From positions 9,829 through 73,828 of the forward strand of contig JBAYUN010000001.1 of NCBI GenBank assembly GCA_041675085.1: a stretch of 64,000 bases of DNA, read 5' to 3'. This DNA is from Minisyncoccota bacterium. Its GTDB lineage: Bacteria > Patescibacteriota > Minisyncoccia > Phycocordibacterales > UBA9973. The stretch's first letter is position 1. Every line of letters begins with the position of its first letter. This document shows positions 17,512 to 26,439 of the stretch, piece after piece. Position numbers and translations under genes: made by a program. The notes under the pieces are model-generated. The model saw nothing but the letters and a program-made list of their open reading frames with translations. It was not told the DNA's origin and did no database searches.

Positions 17512-19213
17512 TTTTAGTTTTCGAATCAAAATAATATCTTTCTTAATAATCCTTACTTCTTTTGTTTTTGTTGTGAGGATTTTTATGTTGCAGGTAGTGC
17601 AAAAAGAAGTTTTTGCGGAACGTGCTGATAGACAATACGTCACTCCGTCTTCAAATATCTATGAGCGTGGAAGTATTTTGTTTACTCGCAAAGACGGCGA
17701 ATTAGTATCTGGAGCAATGCAGATATCAGGTTTTAAGCTGGCTATAAATCCTAATCTTATTAAAGACAAAGAGGCTTTATACAAAAAACTATCTAGTATC
17801 GTAGAGATTGACTATAACGATTTTATTCTAAAAGCGAGTAAAAGCTCTGACCCTTATGAAGACATAAAGGGGCAACTACCGAAAGACGTAGCCGACAAGA
17901 TATCAGCTTTAAAATTAACAGGAGTTGAAGTCCATAAAGAAAAATGGCGTTTTTATCCAGGAGGGAATTTCGCTTCGCACTCTTTAGGTTTCGTCGGCTA
18001 TAATGGTAATTCCTTAGAAGGGCGGTACGGACTCGAGAGACAATACAACGGAGTCCTCTCGAGAGATAAAGATAACCCATACGTAAACTTTTTCGCAGAA
18101 GTCTTTTCGGATTTGAAAGAGAATCTTTTTGTAAATAATACTAAAAAAGGAGATATCATAACGACTATCGAACCCAACGTCGAGAGTTTCCTAGAGAAAG
18201 AAATAAACTTAGTTCGAGATAAATACAATGCCGACGCTATCGGCGGTATTATCATGAATCCAAAAGATGGATCTATCTATGCTATTTCTTCAAAGCCTGA
18301 TTTTGATTTGAACAATTTCTCTAAAGTAAAAGACGTATCTCTCTTTCGTAATCCTCTAGTCGAGAACGTTTTGGAATTCGGTTCTATTGTAAAGCCTCTT
18401 GTTATCGCTTCGGCTCTCGACGCAAAAGTTATTACAGCCGAGACTTTTTACAATGACTTGGGCTCGGTCACAGTTGAGAAAAAACAAATATACAACTTCG
18501 ACAAAAAAGGTCGCGGCCCAAATACTACAATGCAAGACGTGCTTAATCAATCTCTAAACACAGGTATGGTATACGCTTATCAAAAGCTTGGCAAAGACCG
18601 CATGAGAGACTATATGTTGGCTTATGGATTGAAAGACAAAACAGGTATTGATTTACCGAATGAGACATCTGGACTTGTATCAAACTTAAATAGTCCTCGC
18701 GAATTAGAATACGCCAACGCTTCTTTCGGGCAAGGTATCGCTATGACTCCGGTCAATATGATACGAGCATTAGCTGCACTCGGTAATGGAGGTAACCTAG
18801 TCACTCCGCATTTCGTACAGAAAATAAAATACGATGACGGTACATTTAAAGAGATGACTTATCCGACCAAGCCTACAAAGATAACTAAAGAGACGAGTGC
18901 TGAGATAAGTCGCATGCTAGTCACCGTGATGGACAAATCTCTAAAAGGTGGTACTGCTAAATTCGACCGCCACAGCGTCGCAGTAAAGACGGGTACAGCT
19001 CAAGTGGCTCGCCCTGACGGCAAAGGATATTATGATGATAGAAATACGCATTCTTTCTTTGGTTATTTCCCAGCTTATGATCCGCAATTCATAGTCTTGC
19101 TCTATGCAGTGAATCCAAAAGGTACGCCTTTTGCTTCCGTGACTTGGTCAGATCCTTTTTTGAATATTACTAAATTTTTGCTAAACTACTATGAAGTTCC
19201 GCCAGACAGATAG
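17501..19213 (+). CDS. ftsI: Class B penicillin-binding protein FtsI
   Basis: RG.I..R.G, GSIVK (SxxK), SLN (SxN) and KTGTAQ. Confidence 0.9.
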   Translation: MKSNFSFRIKIISFLIILTSFVFVVRIFMLQVVQKEVFAERADRQYVTPSSNIYERGSILFTRKDGELVSGAMQISGFKLAINPNLIKDKEALYKKLSSIVEIDYNDFILKASKSSDPYEDIKGQLPKDVADKISALKLTGVEVHKEKWRFYPGGNFASHSLGFVGYNGNSLEGRYGLERQYNGVLSRDKDNPYVNFFAEVFSDLKENLFVNNTKKGDIITTIEPNVESFLEKEINLVRDKYNADAIGGIIMNPKDGSIYAISSKPDFDLNNFSKVKDVSLFRNPLVENVLEFGSIVKPLVIASALDAKVITAETFYNDLGSVTVEKKQIYNFDKKGRGPNTTMQDVLNQSLNTGMVYAYQKLGKDRMRDYMLAYGLKDKTGIDLPNETSGLVSNLNSPRELEYANASFGQGIAMTPVNMIRALAALGNGGNLVTPHFVQKIKYDDGTFKEMTYPTKPTKITKETSAEISRMLVTVMDKSLKGGTAKFDRHSVAVKTGTAQVARPDGKGYYDDRNTHSFFGYFPAYDPQFIVLLYAVNPKGTPFASVTWSDPFLNITKFLLNYYEVPPDR

Positions 19214-19248
19214 TAAAATACATAAATTTTAAATTAAAATAAATTCCC

Positions 19249-20601
19249 ATGAAACAAACTTTCAAAAAAATAATCTTAAATATCCTTAAAATAGAAGCTC
19301 AATTAGTTATTAAAAAATACAAACCCAAGATAATAACTATCACCGGTTCTCTCGGCAAGACTTCTACCAAAGACGCTATCTATGCAGTCTTGTCAGACGT
19401 ATATCATGTACGCATGAGCGAGAAGAGTTATAACAGTCAGATAGGTTTGCCTCTGACTATACTTGGATTGCCGAATGGTTGGAATGACCCTATGGTCTGG
19501 ATATTGAATATCTTGAAAGGTTTAAAATTGATAATCTTTAAAACTAAGTATCCTGAATATTTAGTCCTCGAAGTTGGAGTCGGTAAGCCGGGCGATATGA
19601 AAGAGACTGCTATGTGGCTACAGAGTGACGTCGTCGTTATGACGGCTATCGGCGACGTGCCAGCACATGTAGAATTCTTTAAATCCCGCGAGCATCTAAT
19701 AGAAGAAAAAAGTGGACTTATCAAAACTCTTAAAAAAGAGGGGACGCTAGTCTTGAATACAGACGACGCTGATATCCTCGCTATGAAGACCAAGACAAAA
19801 TCCCGTATTACGACTTATGGTTTTAATGAGCGTGCAGACCTTGTTTGTAGTAATGAAAATATTTTCTATATTCATCCTGATCATGATAATCAAGAAAAAA
19901 ATAAAGAACTGAATATTGAAAAAATCCTAAAAGAAACTATACCTGAAGGTATTACTTTTAGAGTCGACGTCGAAGGCGCTAGCTTCCCTGTAATCATCGA
20001 AGGAGTTTTCGGTAAGAATCATATCTATGCATCTCTAGCTTCGCTCGCTGTAGCTCATAGCTTAAAATTAAGCTTACTCGAATCTATCAATGCACTCAAG
20101 AATTATGAAGTCCCAGCTGGACGTATGAGATTGTTGCTAGGGGAGAATAATACTATCATCATCGACGATACTTATAACTCTTCACCCTTTGCTGTAGAGT
20201 CGGCTTTAAAGACTTTGAGTAGTATTGATTCATCTCCGAGAAAGATAGCTGTGCTTGGCGATATGCTCGAATTAGGACGTCATACCGAAGAGGCTCACAA
20301 TCATATCGGTAAAATAGCTAAAGAAACTATAGATATATTAGTAGTAGTCGGGCCGAGGGCTCAATCTATCAAAACTGGTGCTCTAGCGTCAGGTATGAAA
20401 GAAGAGAATATTTTTGAATTCCCGACAGCAATACTAGCAGGAGAATTCTTGAAAACATTTATTAAAAGGGGAGATATTATTTTGATTAAAGGTTCGCAAG
20501 GAGTACGCATGGAGCGCACAGTAGAGAAGATCTTAAAAGACAAACACAAAAAAGAAAAACTTCTCGTCAGACAAGAAAAGGAATGGATAGATAAAGAATA
20601 A
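19249..20601 (+). CDS. murF: UDP-MurNAc-tripeptide D-Ala-D-Ala ligase MurF
   Basis: ITGSLGKTSTKD, DDTYNSSP, LGDMLELG and IKGSQG.RME. Confidence 0.92.
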   Translation: MKQTFKKIILNILKIEAQLVIKKYKPKIITITGSLGKTSTKDAIYAVLSDVYHVRMSEKSYNSQIGLPLTILGLPNGWNDPMVWILNILKGLKLIIFKTKYPEYLVLEVGVGKPGDMKETAMWLQSDVVVMTAIGDVPAHVEFFKSREHLIEEKSGLIKTLKKEGTLVLNTDDADILAMKTKTKSRITTYGFNERADLVCSNENIFYIHPDHDNQEKNKELNIEKILKETIPEGITFRVDVEGASFPVIIEGVFGKNHIYASLASLAVAHSLKLSLLESINALKNYEVPAGRMRLLLGENNTIIIDDTYNSSPFAVESALKTLSSIDSSPRKIAVLGDMLELGRHTEEAHNHIGKIAKETIDILVVVGPRAQSIKTGALASGMKEENIFEFPTAILAGEFLKTFIKRGDIILIKGSQGVRMERTVEKILKDKHKKEKLLVRQEKEWIDKE

Positions 20602-20605
20602 TAAA

Positions 20606-20944
20606 TTATTTTCTATTGTATTTATCTTCGAGTCTGACTATATCATGCTCGTCGAATTCTCCGAGAGCTATCTCTAAGAATGAAATATCGGTAATACCTT
20701 GCATCCTGTGATTGGTATTTTCAGGGATAAATATTTCTTCGCCTTCTTTAGTCTCGCGAGTCTCGTCGCCTATAGTGACCAAGCCTTGACCTTTGAGTAT
20801 TTTCCAGAATTCAGCTCTATTGTTATGATACTGCAAACTAAAAGCTTCGTCTTTTTTGACGGTTATTATTTTGACTGTACTCTTTTGATTTAAAGTAAAA
20901 CGTTCAAATTCTCCCCAAGGTCTTTGTTCTGTGTATTTTTCCAT
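20606..20944 (-). CDS. Mannose-6-phosphate isomerase type II C-terminal cupin
   Basis: RPWG.F, SLQYH..RAEFW and DIVRLEDKY.R. Confidence 0.88.
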   Translation of the reverse strand: MEKYTEQRPWGEFERFTLNQKSTVKIITVKKDEAFSLQYHNNRAEFWKILKGQGLVTIGDETRETKEGEEIFIPENTNHRMQGITDISFLEIALGEFDEHDIVRLEDKYNRK

Positions 20945-21044
20945 CCCGTTAAATATTTTTGATTAATTTATAATTATACTGCACGTTTTGTTTTTTTGTA
21001 GATTAAATTTGTGAATACCCGTTATTTAAAATATTTAACGGGAT
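20943..21044 (-). mobile_element. MITE-like element at a start codon, copy 2
   Basis: Minus strand ATGG|ATCCCGTTAAA...TTTAACGGG|ATGG. Homologous to 15143-15243. Confidence 0.75.
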
Positions 21045-21171
21045 CCATATTCTTATTATACATATTGTTTTTTTATTTGTATATTATGCATATTTATCAT
21101 TTGACTTTGTCTTTCTAAAGTAGTATTTTAAAGGAGAGTAGATCTTTTTATTAATTTTTAAATCTTATCAG

Positions 21172-21255
21172 ATGAATGATTCAATGAGATACCAGATTAA
21201 GTATCTGGCGCTAATATTGATTGAAGCTTTAGCTCTACCTTTAATTTTTGGATAA
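21172..21255 (+). CDS. Possible small hydrophobic peptide (27 aa) or truncated gene
   Basis: MNDSMRYQIKYLALILIEALALPLIFG, lying between a TTGACT promoter (~21101) and a terminator (atgtgttgac/gtcaacacat, 21303-21332). Confidence 0.35.
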   Translation: MNDSMRYQIKYLALILIEALALPLIFG

Positions 21256-21418
21256 AATTATCTAATTTTGGGTTTTTTTGTAAAGGAGCCCTATTATTAC
21301 TGATGTGTTGACGCCGGTCAACACATTTTTATTTTGCAAAAAAGAAGATTTCTGGTAAGATTTCAATATTGGCCCTATTCCTTCTTCGCTATTGCTACGA
21401 AGGACAAGCGTCTAATTT

Positions 21419-21493
21419 GGCTCTATCGTCTAACGGTTAGGACACATCCTTCTCAAGGATGGAATCAGAGTTCGATTCTCTGTAGAGTCACCA
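21419..21493 (+). tRNA. tRNA-Glu (anticodon CTC)
   Basis: Acceptor ggctcta/tagagtc, anticodon arm catcc-ttCTCaa-ggatg, T arm cagag-ttcgatt-ctctg, encoded CCA. Confidence 0.95.
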
Positions 21494-21592
21494 CTTCGCT
21501 CTTGTTTACAAGAGCTACGCGGTGCACGCACTTTCGTTCGAGTAATTGTAGTATTTTGCTTGTTATAATTTGTGTTATAATAAATATAAACC

Positions 21593-22663
21593 ATGACAAA
21601 TGCTTTGAAAGTAAAAAAAAATATAATAGATGATGACGAGCATGTAAATTTTAGTTTTAAAAATTCTCAAATAAAAATAGAGAATAATTTTAAATTTATT
21701 GATTTTTGTGCAGGTATTGGAGCAGGCAGATTGGGTCTTGAAAAAAATGGACTTACTTGTGTTGGTTTTTCTGAGATAGACAAGCAAGCTGAAAAAACTT
21801 ACAGAAAATTTTTTGGTGCAGATGAAATAAATTATGGTGATTTAATGAAAATTGACACAAGTCAATTACCAGATTTTGATATTATGATAGCTGGATTTCC
21901 TTGCCAGACTTTTTCTGTTATTGGACAAAGAAAAGGAATGCAAGATGAACGCGGCCAAATTATTTATGGGCTTATCAAGATAATGCGTGATAAAAATCTA
22001 AAATACTTCATATTAGAAAATGTAAAAGGACTAACAAATCATGATAATGGAAATTCTTTAAAAGTCATTCTCAGTGAACTTGATAAGGCAGGTTATAAAG
22101 TATTTTCGGAAGTGTTAAATAGTATTGATTATGGAGTACCTCAAATGCGTGAAAGAATTTATTTTGTTGGGGTAAGAAAAGATTTAATTCCTGAAAATTT
22201 TACTTTCTCTTTTCCTGTTAAACAACCAAGGGTAAATGTGAAAGATTATCTTGTAGATGATGTAGATTTACATTTTGATAAAAAAAAAGAAGTTTATTCT
22301 ACTTTTTTAAAATATTTAAACAATAAATACAATATAGATAAGTTTTCTGTAAAAGATCTTTTGAAGAGAGATTTTTTAGTTTTAGACACTAGACAATCAG
22401 ACCTAAGATTGTATGATAATAGGGTACCTACATTAAGGACAGGGCGTCATGGTATTTTGTACGTTAGAAATGGAAAGTTTAGACAGCTTTCTGGTTATGA
22501 ATCTTTGTTGCTTCAAGGTTTTCCTGAAGAATTAGCCAAAAAAGTTAAAGGTAGCGTTGAAGAAATTCATCTTTTAAGGCAAACAGGAAATGCTATGACT
22601 GTAAGTACAATTTATTTTATTGTAAAAGAATTATTTAATAGCTTGAAAAAATATGAAAAATAA
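21593..22663 (+). CDS. DNA (cytosine-5) methyltransferase, probably GCGC-specific
   Basis: FCAGIG, GFPCQ, ENV, Q.RER and GNAM motifs. The TRD segment LDTRQSDLRLY..PTLRT.RHG resembles Helicobacter GCGC methylases (from recall). Confidence 0.92.
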   Translation: MTNALKVKKNIIDDDEHVNFSFKNSQIKIENNFKFIDFCAGIGAGRLGLEKNGLTCVGFSEIDKQAEKTYRKFFGADEINYGDLMKIDTSQLPDFDIMIAGFPCQTFSVIGQRKGMQDERGQIIYGLIKIMRDKNLKYFILENVKGLTNHDNGNSLKVILSELDKAGYKVFSEVLNSIDYGVPQMRERIYFVGVRKDLIPENFTFSFPVKQPRVNVKDYLVDDVDLHFDKKKEVYSTFLKYLNNKYNIDKFSVKDLLKRDFLVLDTRQSDLRLYDNRVPTLRTGRHGILYVRNGKFRQLSGYESLLLQGFPEELAKKVKGSVEEIHLLRQTGNAMTVSTIYFIVKELFNSLKKYEK

Positions 22664-23423
22664 AAAAAGAAACTCTGAAGAGATGGTTGTTCTTGGTTCT
22701 AAAACTGCTAAAGCTGGTTTTCGTAATGAGAATGATGTCATAGAGCGCTTTAATAATTGGGAAAAAGATAGTATTGCTAAGGAATGGTTAGCTGGAATGA
22801 ATTATAATATTGATGATATTGAATTTGTGAAAGCATCAAAGGTTAAAGGGCAGTACAAAGCAGATATTCAAGTAAGAATTACTGTATTAATTAAGTTAAA
22901 ATCTCAAGAAGATATACAAAATTTACAAATAAAGCTCGTTAGTAATCCTCAAGGCTTTAATCAAATAGATAAAAGGTGGGTAGATAGATATGTAGAACTT
23001 TGGAATATCCCAAATGATATTGTTAAGATTCTAAAACTTTTTACAGGAGAAATAATTTCCAAAAGAAAGAATCTGAGAGATTCTCGTAGAATGTTTTTAG
23101 ATGAAATGCCTAAGTCTGATCAATATAAATTGGTTAATTTTTTTAATACGCAGAAAATTTTGATTATTTCTGATTTATTGAAGGGTAGAGGAGAATTTTC
23201 AGCAGATTGGACTTTGGTAATTTTAAAAAATGGCGAAGAAAGTAGATGGGTTTTACGCTCTATTAATCACGTTATGAATGTTTTTGGTAACGGGGAAGTA
23301 AGAATAACAAAAGAAGGTAGTTTAAAGATTGGTAAAATTGGTATGCAACGAAAAGGTGGGGATGCTGGTCGTAAAACAGCACAAATGTTACAGTTTAAGA
23401 TTAATCCAGTTGAATTATTTTAA
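22653..23423 (+). CDS. Type II restriction endonuclease, HinP1I-like
   Basis: LGSKTAK.GF.NE, QIKLVSN..GFNQIDK.W and QRKGGD.GR.TA.MLQFKI.P.ELF resemble R.HinP1I. Coupled to the MTase. Confidence 0.85.
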   Translation: MKNKKRNSEEMVVLGSKTAKAGFRNENDVIERFNNWEKDSIAKEWLAGMNYNIDDIEFVKASKVKGQYKADIQVRITVLIKLKSQEDIQNLQIKLVSNPQGFNQIDKRWVDRYVELWNIPNDIVKILKLFTGEIISKRKNLRDSRRMFLDEMPKSDQYKLVNFFNTQKILIISDLLKGRGEFSADWTLVILKNGEESRWVLRSINHVMNVFGNGEVRITKEGSLKIGKIGMQRKGGDAGRKTAQMLQFKINPVELF

Positions 23424-23460
23424 AAAAGCATATAAATCACTTTTTGTTATAATTACCTTA

Positions 23461-23697
23461 ATGCTTAAACGTGATAAATATAAAATGCCGATAGATATAA
23501 AGAATGCTCTCGTCAGTAGCAATCTTTTGGCTGATTATAAAGCTCGTCCTTCTTATCAACAAAATGATTATATCGGTTGGATTACTAGGGCAAAACTAAA
23601 TGCAACAAGGATAAAGAGATTGGATCAAATGCTCCAAGAATTAAAAGTAGGGGGAGTATATATGAAAATGAAACACCCTGCTTCTGCTAAAAAATAA
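23461..23697 (+). CDS. YdeI/OmpD-associated family small protein
   Basis: MP.DI..AL...Y.ARP.YQQNDYIGWITRAK..TR.KRL.QML.EL. ATG at 23461 follows a TATAAT. Confidence 0.8.
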   Translation: MLKRDKYKMPIDIKNALVSSNLLADYKARPSYQQNDYIGWITRAKLNATRIKRLDQMLQELKVGGVYMKMKHPASAKK

Positions 23698-23745
23698 AAT
23701 AAAAAAACCTACTAAAAGTAGGCTTGTGTAGTTTTAAAAATAAAA

Positions 23746-24087
23746 TTAATTCTTTTTAAGTACCATTACCTTTTCGACTCTGAGATCTACCTTAGTTCTT
23801 TCTAAGTTGCAGATTTTTTGGATCATGTATTTGATTTGTTCGATGATCCTCTCTTTGTTTTCTTCTTTTTCTATTCCTGAAATCTGTATTGTAATACTTG
23901 CTTTATTTTGATTAGATTTTGTTTTCTGTATAGATAAGTTAGCACTTCTTTCTTCCTCTAAGAGAATCCCGAGGTGCATGACTCTACCTTTACTGTCTGC
24001 TGAAACTATATTATTGCACGAACGCAACATTATTTCAGAAGCATTTAGAACGCCTGAAATGGTTTTGATTGAAATTAAAATTTTCAT
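23746..24087 (-). CDS. Hypothetical protein
   Basis: 113 aa ORF with its own TTGACT promoter (~24152) and a shared terminator at 23701-23725. Confidence 0.6.
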   Translation of the reverse strand: MKILISIKTISGVLNASEIMLRSCNNIVSADSKGRVMHLGILLEEERSANLSIQKTKSNQNKASITIQISGIEKEENKERIIEQIKYMIQKICNLERTKVDLRVEKVMVLKKN

Positions 24088-24390
24088 TTTTATTTTTTTT
24101 ATTGTTTAAAAGAATGTATTTCAGTTTTATACTATTACTTTTAAGGATTAAAGTCAAAAATTATCTCTTGTAATATAATCCGATCTACAACGGCATTAGT
24201 AGTAGTACAAGTTGATGTTTTGCTAGAAGTTTATTTTCGGCATATTGATATTTATACTTTTTGAATAAGGTTAATTGTCCAAGAAACAATAGAGGAATAC
24301 TGGTTTCTAATTAAATACATACTGGTATTTTCTTGAAAAGCGCTCATATTTTAATCTGAGGGCTTTTTGTTTTTGTGTTAGAATAAATAT

Positions 24391-24843
24391 ATGCAACTAC
24401 AGATCGAAACAGTAGAGATGTTGAAAAAAGCAGGCAAGCTAGAACGCAAACTCGTTTATCGTATTATCATGCTATTTTTTATAACCCTTATAACTTTTGT
24501 TATGCTGGTTTATGATTTGTTTTTGAATAATTTAAATTTGTTTGGTGTTGTGTTTTTCTCTATTTTTGGTTTTGTTTTGGGATTTTATATTTTTACTCGT
24601 ATGAACAAGGTAGTCTGGGATCAAAAAAGAGAGATAGTAGCTATGGGTAAATTTGATCTAACTAGTTTTGTATTGGTGCTCATTTATATAGCATATCGGA
24701 TAGAAGTAGGACTTTTGTTGAAAGATTATTATGGTGATGGTTTTGAGGTGTATGGGTTCTCTTTGGCTACTATATTTGGTGGAATGTTGGGGCGTTTTAT
24801 TGGTACATTTTACTCTATACATAAAGCTCATATTGAGAAGTAG
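24391..24843 (+). CDS. Four-TM hypothetical membrane protein
   Basis: Hydrophobic helices, leaderless TAGAAT-6 nt-ATG, terminator at 24851-24880. Confidence 0.75.
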   Translation: MQLQIETVEMLKKAGKLERKLVYRIIMLFFITLITFVMLVYDLFLNNLNLFGVVFFSIFGFVLGFYIFTRMNKVVWDQKREIVAMGKFDLTSFVLVLIYIAYRIEVGLLLKDYYGDGFEVYGFSLATIFGGMLGRFIGTFYSIHKAHIEK

Positions 24844-24893
24844 AAAATAAAAAAAGGTCTCGATAATTCGAAACCTTTTTATCTTTTAAAAAA

Positions 24894-26222
24894 TTATAAC
24901 AATTCACTTGCCAATTCAGCTAAAGGAGACCTTTCGCTTTTTGTTAAATGAATATGAGCAAAACAATCTTGTCCTTGAAATTTCTGAATTAAATAACTCA
25001 ATCCATTAGACCTCTGGTCTAGATAAGGGTGATCTATTTGTTTAGTGTCTCCAAGAAATACAATCTTTGTACCTTCTCCTGCTCTTGTTGTAATAGCTTT
25101 AATTTCTTTTGGTGTTAGATTTTGAGCTTCATCTATTATAAAAAATAAGTTAGATAAAGTTCTACCTCTGATGAGGCTTAAAGGCTCAATACTTAGTTTG
25201 TTTTTTGATTCAAAGTCACTTATCATGTTATGGTTTTCTGTATGTAGCGCTCTTAAAACATCTAAGTTGTCGTACATACCTTTCATGTAAGGGGATATTT
25301 TTGCATCAATATCACCAGGTAAAAATCCTTCATCATGATTACCCATAGATATGGTTTGCCTTGTAAACAAAGCTTGTTCATATTTGTCGGTTTTTAACAT
25401 TTGTAGAGCACAGGCTAAAGCAAGTATTGTTTTACCAGTTCCAGCTTTTCCTTCAAGTACGACTAAAGATATCCCTGAATCAAGTAAAGCATCAGCGCTA
25501 AAAGTCTGTTCGCTATTTTTGGTATTCAAGCCAAATGGTTTTACTTTTTTCTTATCTTCTAGTAAGAAGATTTTACCATCTTTGTACTTCGCAAGAGCTG
25601 TTTTGTTTTCACCTTTGTTGATTATGAAATACTCGTTAGGTAAAGCGTGTTTAAGTTCGCGTGTAATTGATTTTTTAGAAAACAGGTTGTCTACGACGGA
25701 CGCTTCCATTTTGATGTTTTTAGTTTCTTTAAATAAAATATTCAAATTTTCAACTGTTTCATGTAAAAAATCTTGAGCAATAATTCCAATAGCTTTTGCT
25801 TTTAGCCTTAAATTAACGTCTTTAGTTACAAGAATAATATCTCTCTCTTTGTTTTGTTCTTGTAATAAATAAGTTGTGTTTAGAATCTTAGCGTCAGTAT
25901 TTTTTTCACTTAAATTTTTTTCGATATTTGGGTGCCATTCGTTGGAAAGTTCTATTTTTAATACACCCAAATTCTCTCCAATCATAATACCACCATTGAA
26001 TATTTTTTTATGAGCCATTTCATCAACTAGTCGACAAAACTCTCTAGCATTATAATTAATTTCCTCAAAACCTTTTTTAAAGGTATCAAGTTCTTCAATT
26101 ACTTGTATCGGTATGACTACATCATGCTCTTCAAACTTGTAGATGCATGAATAATCATGAAGTATGACATTTGTATCTAGAACAAACATCTTTTTTTCGA
26201 GAGGACTTTTACTTTGCGTCAT
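24894..26222 (-). CDS. PIN-PhoH fusion (PhoH2/YlaK-like RNase-ATPase)
   Basis: PIN motifs VLDTNV...VTKD.NLRLKA. PhoH motifs GKAGTGKT, GFLPG, RGRT, IIDEAQN and GD..QID. Confidence 0.92.
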   Translation of the reverse strand: MTQSKSPLEKKMFVLDTNVILHDYSCIYKFEEHDVVIPIQVIEELDTFKKGFEEINYNAREFCRLVDEMAHKKIFNGGIMIGENLGVLKIELSNEWHPNIEKNLSEKNTDAKILNTTYLLQEQNKERDIILVTKDVNLRLKAKAIGIIAQDFLHETVENLNILFKETKNIKMEASVVDNLFSKKSITRELKHALPNEYFIINKGENKTALAKYKDGKIFLLEDKKKVKPFGLNTKNSEQTFSADALLDSGISLVVLEGKAGTGKTILALACALQMLKTDKYEQALFTRQTISMGNHDEGFLPGDIDAKISPYMKGMYDNLDVLRALHTENHNMISDFESKNKLSIEPLSLIRGRTLSNLFFIIDEAQNLTPKEIKAITTRAGEGTKIVFLGDTKQIDHPYLDQRSNGLSYLIQKFQGQDCFAHIHLTKSERSPLAELASELL

Positions 26223-26439
26223 CTTAAAATATTTAAAGGGTTTAAAAAATTATTTAGTTCAGTCTACACTCACTAAAAATGCAGGCTGAGCTAAATAATC
26301 TATTTTGCCTTTATTTTGTCGAAGACCTAATTTATGTTTACAATAAGGTATTCTGTGTACTTTGTCAAACTTTAGATGCTTTAAAATGTTCATATATATT
26401 GGATTAAATAAAATGATTGCTTTGTGCTAAAATGTACTT

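Noticed and set aside
21334-21633. 99 aa ORF
   Set aside because: It runs through tRNA-Glu and its promoter.
24170-24345. Unexplained intergenic stretch
   Set aside because: No convincing ORF, repeat or stable structure beyond a terminator-like hairpin at its end.
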